The notes below the pieces were generated by a model. The model ran no database searches and was not told the origin of the DNA. It saw only the letters and a list, made by a program, of their open reading frames with translations. A DNA stretch of 64,000 bases from Ignavibacteriales bacterium (GTDB taxonomy: Bacteria > Bacteroidota > Ignavibacteria > Ignavibacteriales > Melioribacteraceae): the NCBI GenBank assembly GCA_016177735.1, contig JACOUS010000026.1:2375-66374 (forward strand). The letters are read 5' to 3'. Both the position numbers and the translations under genes were made by a program. Shown piece after piece: positions 50,496 to 59,419 of the stretch. The number at the start of each line of letters is the position of its first letter. Within the stretch, counting starts at the first letter, position 1.

Positions 50496-50551
50496 GACCC
50501 CATGATCTCCCCGACGAAGTCGGGGCACTCTAACCAACTGAGCTAAAAACC
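50496..50551 (-). pseudogene. Truncated tRNA-Val-like copy 3
   Basis: Minus strand: GGTTTTTAGCTCAGTTGGTTAGAGTG, then CCCCGACTTCGTCGGGG, then AGATCATGGGGTC. No T-arm or acceptor completion. Its upstream spacer resembles that of copy 2. Confidence 0.6.
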
Positions 50552-50595
50552 AAAAAAAAAACTAATTAGTCATAGGTTAATTTCAAGTTTACTAG

Positions 50596-50681
50596 TACCG
50601 AGGGCCGGACTCGAACCGGCACGGGTGTGAACACCCACAGGATTTTAAGTCCTGTGCGTCTACCAATTCCGCCACCCCGGC
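50596..50681 (-). tRNA. tRNA-Leu (UAA), class II with a long variable arm
   Basis: 86 nt. D-region GCGGAATTGGTAGACGC, anticodon arm CAGGA-CTTAAAA-TCCTG, variable arm GGGTGTTCACACCC, T-arm GCCGG-TTCGAGT-CCGGC. Confidence 0.9.
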
Positions 50682-50878
50682 AAAACGGAATGCAAATATA
50701 ATCTATTTTTTTATTTCCTTGCAATAATTATGTCTTTATAAATTCACTTAATGAAAATTTTATGAAGACTTTGCTAATGCTTAATACTACGCAGAGATGA
50801 AGAGAATATTTTTCGAATCGTGAAAAACTATTATTTGCACAGATAGTAGCAAAGCAGTATTTTTGCATCACTTTTTAG

Positions 50879-50952
50879 GGGCCCATAGCTCAGTTGGTTA
50901 GAGCAGCTGACTCATAATCAGCGGGTCGGAGGTTCAAGTCCTTCTGGGCCCA
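50879..50952 (+). tRNA. tRNA with CAU anticodon (elongator Met or lysidine-type Ile2; cannot be told apart by eye)
   Basis: 74 nt. Acceptor GGGCCCA/TGGGCCC, anticodon loop CTCATAA, T-arm GGAGG-TTCAAGT-CCTTC. Confidence 0.9.
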
Positions 50953-50960
50953 CCGCTTAA

Positions 50961-50988
50961 CCCCGATTTTGTCGGGGTTTCTTCTTTT
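50961..50988 (+). terminator. Rho-independent terminator after the CAU tRNA
   Basis: CCCCGATTTTGTCGGGG followed by TTTCTTCTTTT. Confidence 0.7.
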
Positions 50989-51104
50989 AAAACTAAAAAC
51001 TAAAGTAGATACTGGATATAAGATTCTGGATGCCAGCAAAAACTACTTTGCAAATCTGCATGGTTTAATTATCATTACTTACCCTCGATATACCTTTAAT
51101 TCTA

Positions 51105-51647
51105 TCACACGTTGTACTTCATTTTTTTCTCTTCAACAGTAAGCCCAATTTTTCTTCTTGGTTCTTTAGGTAATGTTAGCAGCTGATTTATAGTTTCAAA
51201 AATCTCCGCTATCTGCTCATCATGCCTTTCTATTCTCAGTTCCAATTCTTTTAATTTTTGTGCCCGCTCTTTATGCGTAACAACTATTTCTCTTAAACGG
51301 ATAAAAGCACGCACAACCAAAATGCTTGTTTCACAGCTCACGGTGAATTAAGAACAGTTGCAAGTATAACTGCCCCGTGTTCTGTAAAAACATACGGTAA
51401 TGATGTGGAATGTTTAAGAGAATTGAACCGGTGCCAGTTGTCACCAGTTCATTTTTCTCAATTGCAGTTAATTGAAACATAAATTCCGGTGGAAATCTAT
51501 CAATGTTACGTTTTACTTGCCGGTTGAGATATTTAGTTTCAACACCCTACAACTCAGCTAAATCACGATCGAGCATTACTTTTTACCCGCGAATAATTAG
51601 AATTTTATTTTCGATTACTTTGCTGAGACAATCTCTTTTTTATTCAT
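51105..51647 (-). pseudogene. ORF6N (KilA-N-like) domain gene, decayed
   Basis: The C-terminal 78 aa ORF (...VVRAFIRLREIVVTHKE..KLKELE..IERHDEQIAEIFETINQL) is ORF6N-type. Upstream, the N-domain is still readable as [48 protein letters not shown]. It carries two in-frame stops and at least two frameshifts. Confidence 0.75.
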
Positions 51648-51709
51648 TTTTGTGTCTAATCTTTTTTTGCTATTTGCATAATTGAATACTATGCAATTCG
51701 TCCTTAGCA

Positions 51710-51946
51710 CTATTTGTTGTATTCTTCAATAGCAATACTCTGCAATTTTTCTTTCATCTCTTTTGGGAGAGTTACGGTTTCATAATACTTGCCGTCTTTG
51801 CCTTTTTCATCGGGAGCTGAAATAAAAAATCCATTTGAGCCGTTGACCAAACGGAATCCTTTAATAATAATGTTGTCGTTAGTTTGGATATCGAAGAAAG
51901 CGGAAGTTTTACCGCCGTCAAGTTTGTTCATCCTGATAATTTTCAT
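51710..51946 (-). CDS. SpoVG-like small protein
   Basis: I place the start at ATG 51946, preceded by GGAGGG. 78 aa: MKIIRMNKLDGGKTSAFFDIQTNDNIIIKGFRLVNGSNGFFISAPDEKGKDGKYYE, matching the SpoVG pattern (I.G.R.V.G..G.F...P). Confidence 0.5.
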   Translation of the reverse strand: MKIIRMNKLDGGKTSAFFDIQTNDNIIIKGFRLVNGSNGFFISAPDEKGKDGKYYETVTLPKEMKEKLQSIAIEEYNK

Positions 51947-52526
51947 TGTACCCTCCAATTGCTGTTGATAATTAAATGTGTTTTTTACCCCCGACAATTA
52001 GAAGGAAGTGAAATAGTAAACCGACTAATTGTTTCCCTTAATTATAACCAATTAAGTACAAAAATAAAATATCCAGAGTTTGGTAAAATGAATTGTTGTT
52101 ATTCAAATTGCACGACCAACAAAGAGAATAAAAATTACTACCAAGCAACCACAGCATTAAAGAATTCGAACTCGCATAAAAAAATATTTTTGAAAACCGT
52201 GTCTCAAGTTTCTTCGAAAGAGTTATCAATACAGACTATCATTCTGATATAATGGGTGCCACATTTTTTTCTAATCGATATCTGAATTTTTTGTACGTAG
52301 TGCTTTCGCTTGCATGTTTTGCACAACATATGCTCAATCAACCTTAACATTTTGTGGCATCCTTGCGGCAATTAAATTGAATCATCTCCCCACCGTAACG
52401 CATTGCAAATGAACAACTTGATAGAAATTTTATTTGGTTGGCATTATGATTGTGATATAACCCGAAACTTAGTGATGATTTTAAAATCATTGCAGCAAAA
52501 AAATAGTTTATAAAAGTGAGGAAAAA

Positions 52527-53198
52527 ATGTTAACCAATTTTAGATCGATTAGTAAATACCGAGTAGAAGCACTCGACGGAAATGTGGGAAACATCCACGA
52601 ATTATTATTTGACGAACAGTCATGGATCGTCCGTTATATAGTTATAAACACAGGTAATCTTTTTATGAAAAATCTTGTGCTGCTTCAACCGGAAGAGTTT
52701 GTAAGCTGCGATACGGACGAAGAAAAATTTTTGGTCAACTTAACAAAAGAAGAAATCATTAACTCCCCCTCCGTTGAAGCAGTAAAGAAAACAAATTATT
52801 ACTGGCCAAATTATTGGGTCGGCACTCATCTTACATATGGCTGGACTCCGTTCAATCCTTATTCTAAAAAAATTTATACAGAACCCGGCATCAACAGCAC
52901 ACACGAGATGCACGTGTATAAAGTTAAAGCTGTTGATGAACAAATCGGTTCTGTTGATAATTTTATTGTAAATACCGAAGCGTGGTACATTAGTAATATG
53001 ATTATTAACACCGGGTTTTCTCTTCTGCCCGGTAAAAAAATTTCCGTTACTGCCGATAACGTGAAAGAAATAAACAATCAACAAAATTTTGTGCTGCTCG
53101 ATATGAATGCTCAAGAAGTAAAAAACTATCCCGGTTATGAGAGCAAAAAATCATTTAGACATATTATCGGCAGACCGGCTGATCTAATTACTTCATAA
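52527..53198 (+). CDS. PRC-barrel domain protein (two repeats)
   Basis: 223 aa. YRVEALDGNVGNIHELLFDEQSWIVRYIVINTG and a second YKVKAVDEQIGSVDNFIVNTEAWYISNMIINTG. Confidence 0.7.
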   Translation: MLTNFRSISKYRVEALDGNVGNIHELLFDEQSWIVRYIVINTGNLFMKNLVLLQPEEFVSCDTDEEKFLVNLTKEEIINSPSVEAVKKTNYYWPNYWVGTHLTYGWTPFNPYSKKIYTEPGINSTHEMHVYKVKAVDEQIGSVDNFIVNTEAWYISNMIINTGFSLLPGKKISVTADNVKEINNQQNFVLLDMNAQEVKNYPGYESKKSFRHIIGRPADLITS

Positions 53199-53227
53199 TA
53201 TGAAGTCGAATAAATTCTGAGAAACAG

Positions 53228-53251
53228 AAAAAGCCGCATGAGCGGCTTTTT
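53228..53251. terminator. Bidirectional terminator between the convergent PRC-barrel gene and htpG
   Basis: AAAAAGCCGCATGAGCGGCTTTTT. Confidence 0.75.
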
Positions 53252-53272
53252 CATTTATACTATTTCTTGCAG

Positions 53273-55180
53273 CTAAATATTTTTTAGAGTACAGTACCAA
53301 TCACTCGACTGTTCTAACAAATTATTAATCTTTTTTACCAAAGCATGTGTGTCATCCAAATTACCATCTTGCAATTGAGCAGTTTCAAATAATTGCTCGG
53401 CTGTATTTTTTATATACTCATCATTGGAATCTTTTTTAAAAACTTTTAACAAGTTGCGCGTTAGTTTGTGATTAGGGTTGATCTCAAGAATTTTTTGGGG
53501 AGACTCCGTGTTTTGATTTGCCATCTTCAAAATTTTCTGCATCGAAGCAGACATTACATCATCTCCCGAAATCAAACATGCGGCGCTTTCTACCAATCTT
53601 TTAGATTCCTTCACATCAACTACTTTATCGCCGATTATTGATTTTATTTTTGCAAGCATAATGCTGAAATGTTTTGCTTCTTCATCCGTAAGCGCTTCAA
53701 ACTTTTGCTCTTGTTCTTCAACATTTGGAAGCTCATCAAATTTTTTCAGATCAATTGTGTCGGCTGATTTGAAATCATAATCTTTATACTTTCTCAAAGA
53801 AGAAACAACAAACTCATCAACCGGATCGGGCAAGAAGAGAACTTCGAGACCTTTCTTTTTGAAAATTTCCATATGCGGATCAGCCATCATTGCTTCGCGT
53901 GTTTTGCCGCAGATGTAATAAATTTCTTTCTGTTCATTCTTTGCACGCGACACATAATCTGCAAGCGGAACCAACTCGTCTTTATCTTGGCAATTGGTAG
54001 AATTAAATCGCAGCAGTTCTAAAATTTTTTCATGATTTAGAAAATCAGTGTAGCCGAGTTTCAGAATTTTCCCGTGTTCACTCCAAAACTGTTTGTACCA
54101 TTCGGCATCGTTCTTTGCTTTATCGAGTAAATGAGAAAGAATATTGTTTGTAACGCTCGAAGAAATTTTATTAAATACCACATTTTCCTGAAGTGTTTCG
54201 CGCGAAATGTTGAGAGGCAAATCTTCCGAATCAACAACTCCTTTTACAAAGCTTAAATATTCCGGAAGAATATCTTTGTTTTTGTGCTGGATAAGTACAC
54301 GCCGGACATATAAATCGAGTCCGTAATTTTCTCTGTCATGCCAGAAAAACTCAAAACTCTTTATGGGAATAAACAAAAGCGCATTGAATTGAATCGGTGC
54401 ATCAACGGATTTATGAATCACGTCCATCGGTGCATCTGTATCATGAGACAAAAATTTATAAAACTCTTCGTACTTTTCTTTTGTAATAGAACTTTTCGGC
54501 TCGCGCCAAATTGCACTGATCGTGTTAATTTTTTCTTTGTTCAAAAAAATCGGGAAAGAAATAAAACTGGAATGTTTCTTAATTATGCTTTCAAGTTTCC
54601 ATTTTTCCGCAAATTCTTGCGCATCATCTTTTAAATGAATTTCAATCTTAGTTCCCCGTTCAATCTTTTCATTGAGTTCGCAAATTTCGTAATCGCCGAG
54701 CCCGTCTGATTTCCACTCGACTGCCGGTTCATCTTTTTTGAATGACTTTGTTTTGATGACAATTTCTTTTGCAACCATGAATGCCGAATAAAAACCGATA
54801 CCGAATTTGCCGATGATGTTATTTGCATCAATTTTTGTTTCGGAAATCATCTTCACAAATTCTTCCGTGCCGGATTTTGCAATTGTTCCGATGTTTGTGA
54901 TTACTTCATCGTGAGTCATGCCGATCCCAGTATCGGAAATTGTTAGCATCTTTTTCTCGCTGTCGAAATCAACATTAATTTCGAGTAGTAAATCTTTGCC
55001 GGCAATTTCAGTTCCACGGTTGGATTCGAATCTTAATTTATCAAGTGCGTCGGATGAGTTGGAAATTAATTCGCGTAGAAAAATTTCGCGGCTCGTATAG
55101 AGTGAATGGACTAAAATATCAAGCAGTTTTTTTATCTCGGCTTTGAATTCATATTTTTTTGTGTTGGCGATTTCGCTCAT
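53273..55180 (-). CDS. htpG: Molecular chaperone HtpG (Hsp90)
   Basis: FKAEIKKLLDILVHSLYTSREIFLRELISNSSDALDK and GQFGIGFYS-type motifs. I place the start at ATG 55180, preceded by GGAGGAA. The track start at 55246 adds 22 unsupported codons. Confidence 0.95.
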   Translation of the reverse strand: MSEIANTKKYEFKAEIKKLLDILVHSLYTSREIFLRELISNSSDALDKLRFESNRGTEIAGKDLLLEINVDFDSEKKMLTISDTGIGMTHDEVITNIGTIAKSGTEEFVKMISETKIDANNIIGKFGIGFYSAFMVAKEIVIKTKSFKKDEPAVEWKSDGLGDYEICELNEKIERGTKIEIHLKDDAQEFAEKWKLESIIKKHSSFISFPIFLNKEKINTISAIWREPKSSITKEKYEEFYKFLSHDTDAPMDVIHKSVDAPIQFNALLFIPIKSFEFFWHDRENYGLDLYVRRVLIQHKNKDILPEYLSFVKGVVDSEDLPLNISRETLQENVVFNKISSSVTNNILSHLLDKAKNDAEWYKQFWSEHGKILKLGYTDFLNHEKILELLRFNSTNCQDKDELVPLADYVSRAKNEQKEIYYICGKTREAMMADPHMEIFKKKGLEVLFLPDPVDEFVVSSLRKYKDYDFKSADTIDLKKFDELPNVEEQEQKFEALTDEEAKHFSIMLAKIKSIIGDKVVDVKESKRLVESAACLISGDDVMSASMQKILKMANQNTESPQKILEINPNHKLTRNLLKVFKKDSNDEYIKNTAEQLFETAQLQDGNLDDTHALVKKINNLLEQSSDWYCTLKNI

Positions 55181-55298
55181 AGATTCCTCCATAGATAAAA
55201 TTGTAATAACAGATTTATTTCCATTAAGCAGAAACGAACAGCACAAAATTACATGCTGCAGTCTTTTTGAAAAGCGGGATATTCTTGGATAAGATTAA

Positions 55299-55463
55299 TT
55301 ACTCAGCTTTTTTGTTTTCGTTCGAATCGTCTTCGTGCATTCCTTTTTTGAACTGCTTAACTCCTTGTCCGAGCCCTTTCATCAGTTCCGGTATTTTTTT
55401 GCCGCCAAATAAAAGTATTAACACGAGAACAATAAGTATTATTTCTGTTGCACCGAGGTTCAT
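55299..55463 (-). CDS. tatA: Twin-arginine translocase subunit TatA/E
   Basis: 54 aa, unlisted: MNLGATEIILIVLVLILLFGGKKIPELMKGLGQGVKQFKKGMHEDDSNENKKAE. Carries the diagnostic LLFG.KK.PEL...LG. Confidence 0.85.
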   Translation of the reverse strand: MNLGATEIILIVLVLILLFGGKKIPELMKGLGQGVKQFKKGMHEDDSNENKKAE

Positions 55464-55714
55464 ATTACTTCCCAAATTTTGTGACCAAATATATGATTTA
55501 TTTCAATCGCTTTCATAAGAAAAAATAATCGCGCTGAAATTATTGCTGCTTTCCAAATCAGATTTATCAGAGTATTCTTATTCCCAATAGCACACTGATT
55601 TAACTGATTAAACGGATTCAAACTGGTAAGAAAAGTGAAGCAACAAAAACAGTTTCAATACAATTTAGTAACTTTGCGGCGGCTATTTCTATTACAAATT
55701 TCTGAATAAAATTT

Positions 55715-57055
55715 TTGACAAATCTAAAACTTCATATAAAAGAAACTGCAAAGCTCGCCGCACCCATTTCATTAGGACAGCTAGGACATATAATGATGGG
55801 TGTTGTTGACAGCATAATGGTCGGGAAAATCGGTTATGCGCCTCTTGCAGCGGCATCACTTGTAAACGGATTATTCTTTTTGGTGCTCGTTATCGGCATC
55901 GGAATGTCGTGGGCTTCAACACCGCTCATCGCAATTGCAAAAGGGGAAAACAAAGAAGCCGAGTGCGGAAAAATTTTAAATCATTCATTGGTTGCAAATC
56001 TTTCGACATCAATTCTAATCTTTGCAGCAATCTATTCTTTGTCATTTTTAATCCCGTATATGAATCAGCCGAAAGAGGTTGCTCTGCAAGCCGTACCGTA
56101 TTTAAAAGTTTTGACATACTCAATTTTTCCGTTTGTAATTTTCCAGTGTTACAGACAATTTCTCGAAGGAATTTCTCTGCCCAATTTCCCGATGATAATT
56201 GCTGTTGCCGCAAATTTTTTAAACGCTTTTTTGAATTGGGTTTTCATTTATGGAAATCTTGGAGCCGAAAAAATGGGATTGTACGGCGCCGGTTTGGCTA
56301 CAACTATTACAAGATATGTTATGGCTGCCGCACTTTTTCTATCTGTTATTTACTACAAAAAAATTTCTAATTATAAACCGGCACTTAATTTCAAAAATAT
56401 TGACAACCATCTGCTGAAAAAATTATTCCGCATCGGTCTGCCAAGCGGCTTTCAATATTTTTTGGAGATCGGATGTTTTTCATTTGCAACAATTATGGTC
56501 GGCTGGATCGGAAGCAAACAACAAGCGGCACATCAAATAGCTTTAAATCTTGCATCGCTCACTTACATGGTTATGCTCGGTATTTCTGCCGCCGGAACAA
56601 TTAGAGTGGGGCATGCGCTTGGCAAAAAAAATGTTGATGAAATCCGGCTCGCCGGTTTTACGGCAATCGGACTTTCATTGGCACTGATGTTTTTATTCGC
56701 AGTAATTATGCTCTTGTTCAAAAACATATTGCCGACATTTTATAACAACAATCCGGAGGTTGTATCATATGCAAGTGCGCTGTTAATTATCGCCGGTATG
56801 TTTCAATTGTTTGACGGATTGCAAGCTACCGGAGTTGGAATTTTGCGCGGCTTAACAGATGTAAAAGTTCCGATGTACACTTCACTTTTTTCATATTGGG
56901 TTATTGCAATTCCGGTTGCATTTCTACTTGCTTTCATTTTTAAATTGGGTGTGCTCGGCGTTTGGATAGGCTTGCTGCTTGGCTTGGCATCTGTTGGAAT
57001 AATTCTTTTTGTGAGATTCAATATAAAAAGTAGAGAAATAAATCCGGCTGATTAA
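55715..57055 (+). CDS. MATE family efflux transporter
   Basis: 446 aa with 12 TM segments. N-terminal LAAPISLGQLGHIMMGVVDSIMVG. TTG start. Confidence 0.85.
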   Translation: MTNLKLHIKETAKLAAPISLGQLGHIMMGVVDSIMVGKIGYAPLAAASLVNGLFFLVLVIGIGMSWASTPLIAIAKGENKEAECGKILNHSLVANLSTSILIFAAIYSLSFLIPYMNQPKEVALQAVPYLKVLTYSIFPFVIFQCYRQFLEGISLPNFPMIIAVAANFLNAFLNWVFIYGNLGAEKMGLYGAGLATTITRYVMAAALFLSVIYYKKISNYKPALNFKNIDNHLLKKLFRIGLPSGFQYFLEIGCFSFATIMVGWIGSKQQAAHQIALNLASLTYMVMLGISAAGTIRVGHALGKKNVDEIRLAGFTAIGLSLALMFLFAVIMLLFKNILPTFYNNNPEVVSYASALLIIAGMFQLFDGLQATGVGILRGLTDVKVPMYTSLFSYWVIAIPVAFLLAFIFKLGVLGVWIGLLLGLASVGIILFVRFNIKSREINPAD

Positions 57056-57070
57056 AAATCAGAAAAAATT

Positions 57071-57538
57071 TTATTCTACGTTTTTCATCCTTCGAAAATT
57101 TTTTACATCCCTCTTCATTGCCAAAAGAATTCCGGTTAAACCGAGATTCTTCCCCATCGAAAGACTTTGACCGAAAATTTTATAAACGATGTCATCGGGC
57201 ACACTCAAAATACTTTCTTCTGTTTCACCAGAGAGAGTATCATCAAAAATTTTTGCGAGAGCCATTGCGGAAATGCCGTGCGGATTTTCAACATCGAAAT
57301 AAAATTTGAACGTACTATTAGGCTCCGCTAAAGTCCAAACGTATGCCCCTGACTCACAATACTCTACCTTATTTTCCGGCGGATACGGTTTAACAGAAAT
57401 ATTTTCGGGCACACGTTTGAACTTTTCGGCATAATCAATTAAAAAATTAATCCGGTCGTTAAAGTTATCGTAATATTCAATTATCTCAAGAAATTCATGC
57501 AAACGTACCGGATATTTTCCACCATTTGTTTCTTCCAT
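57071..57538 (-). CDS. SufE-like sulfur acceptor protein
   Basis: I place the start at ATG 57538 (MEETNGG...). The track's 57685 start would overlap the rhodanese gene. Active-site region VEYCESGAYVW. Confidence 0.7.
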   Translation of the reverse strand: MEETNGGKYPVRLHEFLEIIEYYDNFNDRINFLIDYAEKFKRVPENISVKPYPPENKVEYCESGAYVWTLAEPNSTFKFYFDVENPHGISAMALAKIFDDTLSGETEESILSVPDDIVYKIFGQSLSMGKNLGLTGILLAMKRDVKNFRRMKNVE

Positions 57539-57552
57539 AAAAAAACCCAAAA

Positions 57553-58416
57553 CTACTTTTCGATTGGTACACCAACCATGTTGCCCCATTCCGTCCAACT
57601 GCCGTCGTAATTTCTTACATGATTGAAACCAAGCAAATAAGTAAGTACAAACCAGGTGTGGCTGCTTCTTTCGCCGATGCGGCAATATGCTATAACATCA
57701 TCATCGGGATTCAAGTTATTGTCAATCTCGTAAAGTTTTTTCAACTCATCAAAAGTTTTAAATGTGCCGTCTTCGGGATTAATAGCTTTTGCCCACGGAA
57801 TGTTTGCCGCACCCGGTATATGACCTCCGCGCAATGCACCTTCGTTCGGATATTCCGGCATGTGAAGTCTTTTGCCGGTGTATTCTTCCATACTCCGCAC
57901 ATCAACCAACGGCAGATTGTTTTTGATGTGTTCCATTACATCATCCCTGAATGCACGAATGCCATGATCGTTGCGCATTGGAGCTTTATAATTGGTTCGG
58001 GAATATTTCGGAACATCTTTGATCATCTGGCGATTTTCTTTTTCCCATTTTAATCTTCCGCCGTCCATTACCGCCGCTTTTGTGTGACCGAAAAGCTGGA
58101 AGATCCAAAATGCATAACAAGCCCACCAATTATTTTTATCGCCGTAAAAAATAACGGTAGTATCGTTATCTATTCCATTTGCAGACATCAGTTTTTCAAA
58201 ATTTTCTCTGCTCACATAATCGCGTATCATTTGATCGTTGAGATCTACTGTCCAATCAATTTGCACTGAGCCCGGCAAGTGTCTGCTCGGATAGAGAAGC
58301 AAATCTTCATTGGACTCAACGATTCTTACTCCCGGGTCGTTCAAATGTTCATTAACCCAGTCTGTAGTAACAAGCATATCAGAATGGACATAAACATGAT
58401 CAAGTACTTCTTGCAT
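57553..58416 (-). CDS. Tandem-rhodanese thiosulfate sulfurtransferase
   Basis: 287 aa. Catalytic loop YCRIGERSS (CRxGxR type). Confidence 0.85.
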   Translation of the reverse strand: MQEVLDHVYVHSDMLVTTDWVNEHLNDPGVRIVESNEDLLLYPSRHLPGSVQIDWTVDLNDQMIRDYVSRENFEKLMSANGIDNDTTVIFYGDKNNWWACYAFWIFQLFGHTKAAVMDGGRLKWEKENRQMIKDVPKYSRTNYKAPMRNDHGIRAFRDDVMEHIKNNLPLVDVRSMEEYTGKRLHMPEYPNEGALRGGHIPGAANIPWAKAINPEDGTFKTFDELKKLYEIDNNLNPDDDVIAYCRIGERSSHTWFVLTYLLGFNHVRNYDGSWTEWGNMVGVPIEK

Positions 58417-58522
58417 AGTTTTACCCTTTCTAATAATTGTTGGTGTAGTGATTTAAAAACTTTATTTTTGCCGACATTAAATGTAACCGTAATTAATCTA
58501 TCAAAGTTCATCAAGGAACTGA

Positions 58523-59419
58523 ATGCGTTTTGCTCCTTTATTTGTTATCGTTGCCGCAAGTTTATGGGGGATCGACGGCATTGTCTTGAGACCCGCTCTT
58601 TACGGTCTGCCCGTTCCGCTTGTTGTTTTTATTGAAAGCACAATTGTTGCAATTCTTCTTTCTCCAATTTTTATTAAAGATTTTAATGTGATCAAAAAAT
58701 TGAACAAGAAAGATTGGCTTGCATTTTTCGGAGTTGCTTTCTTTGGCGGTGCAATAGGCACAATGGCAATCACAAAAGCATTGTTCTATGTTAATTTTGT
58801 AAATCTATCCGTTGTAATTCTGATTCAAAAATTACAGCCGGTTTTTGCAATTATTCTCGCCGCACTTTTTTTAAGGGAACAGTTAACAAAAAAATTTTTC
58901 CTTTGGTCAGGTCTTGCAATTATCGGCGCATATTTAATGACGTTCGGCTTCAATCTCCCAAATTTTAGTACAGGTGATAAAACAACAATTGCTGCGCTGC
59001 TTTCATTAATTGCCGCAATCAGTTTTGGTTCATCGACAGTTTTCAGCAAACGCGCATTGAGAAACGTAAACTATGCAACCGGAACATACTTAAGATTTTT
59101 GCTCGCTGCACTAATTATGTTGTTGCTCGCAAGTTTTTATGGTGATATCGCGAACATAAACTCTGTTTCAAATACTCAATGGGGAATATTTTTATTGATT
59201 GCATTTACAACCGGCGGAGCCGCAATCTTTCTTTATTACTACGGATTGAAAAACATTTCCGCATCGGTCGCGACAATTTGCGAACTTGCATTCCCGTTAA
59301 CTGCAGTAATCCTCGATTATTTTCTTCACGGAAATGTTTTGAATGCAGTTCAGTGGTTTGGCGTTGTTGTGTTGATTGCAAGTATTCTTAAAGTGTCGTA
59401 CATAAAAGTTACACAATAA
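58523..59419 (+). CDS. EamA/DMT family transporter
   Basis: 298 aa. Ten hydrophobic helices in two EamA-like halves. Confidence 0.8.
   Translation: MRFAPLFVIVAASLWGIDGIVLRPALYGLPVPLVVFIESTIVAILLSPIFIKDFNVIKKLNKKDWLAFFGVAFFGGAIGTMAITKALFYVNFVNLSVVILIQKLQPVFAIILAALFLREQLTKKFFLWSGLAIIGAYLMTFGFNLPNFSTGDKTTIAALLSLIAAISFGSSTVFSKRALRNVNYATGTYLRFLLAALIMLLLASFYGDIANINSVSNTQWGIFLLIAFTTGGAAIFLYYYGLKNISASVATICELAFPLTAVILDYFLHGNVLNAVQWFGVVVLIASILKVSYIKVTQ

Noticed and set aside
50257-50551. Possible CRISPR-like array, because of regularly spaced repeats
   Set aside because: There are only three units and the repeat unit is about 55-75 nt of tRNA sequence. The so-called spacers are themselves similar to each other, and there are no cas genes. 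It is a tandem tRNA-derived duplication.
50879-51700. Intact prophage or integrative element inserted at the CAU tRNA
   Set aside because: There is no integrase and no direct repeat of the tRNA 3' end within the window. The only mobile-element-type gene (ORF6N) is a pseudogene, so this is at most a remnant.
51884-52252. 122 aa plus-strand ORF, and the 63 aa minus ORF at 52038-52229, in the gap after the SpoVG-like gene
   Set aside because: The first overlaps the SpoVG-like gene antisense. Neither has an RBS or any recognisable motif, and both translations are Asn/Ile/Lys-rich. I treat the region as non-coding.
57539-57685. N-terminal extensions in the ORF track (SufE 57685, actDE 16382, htpG 55246, rny 42860, SpoVG-like 51997, thrS 50229)
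   Set aside because: Each extension either overlaps the upstream gene or lacks an RBS. In each case an internal ATG is preceded by a GGAGG-type motif or by a tight stop-start junction and matches the family N-terminus.
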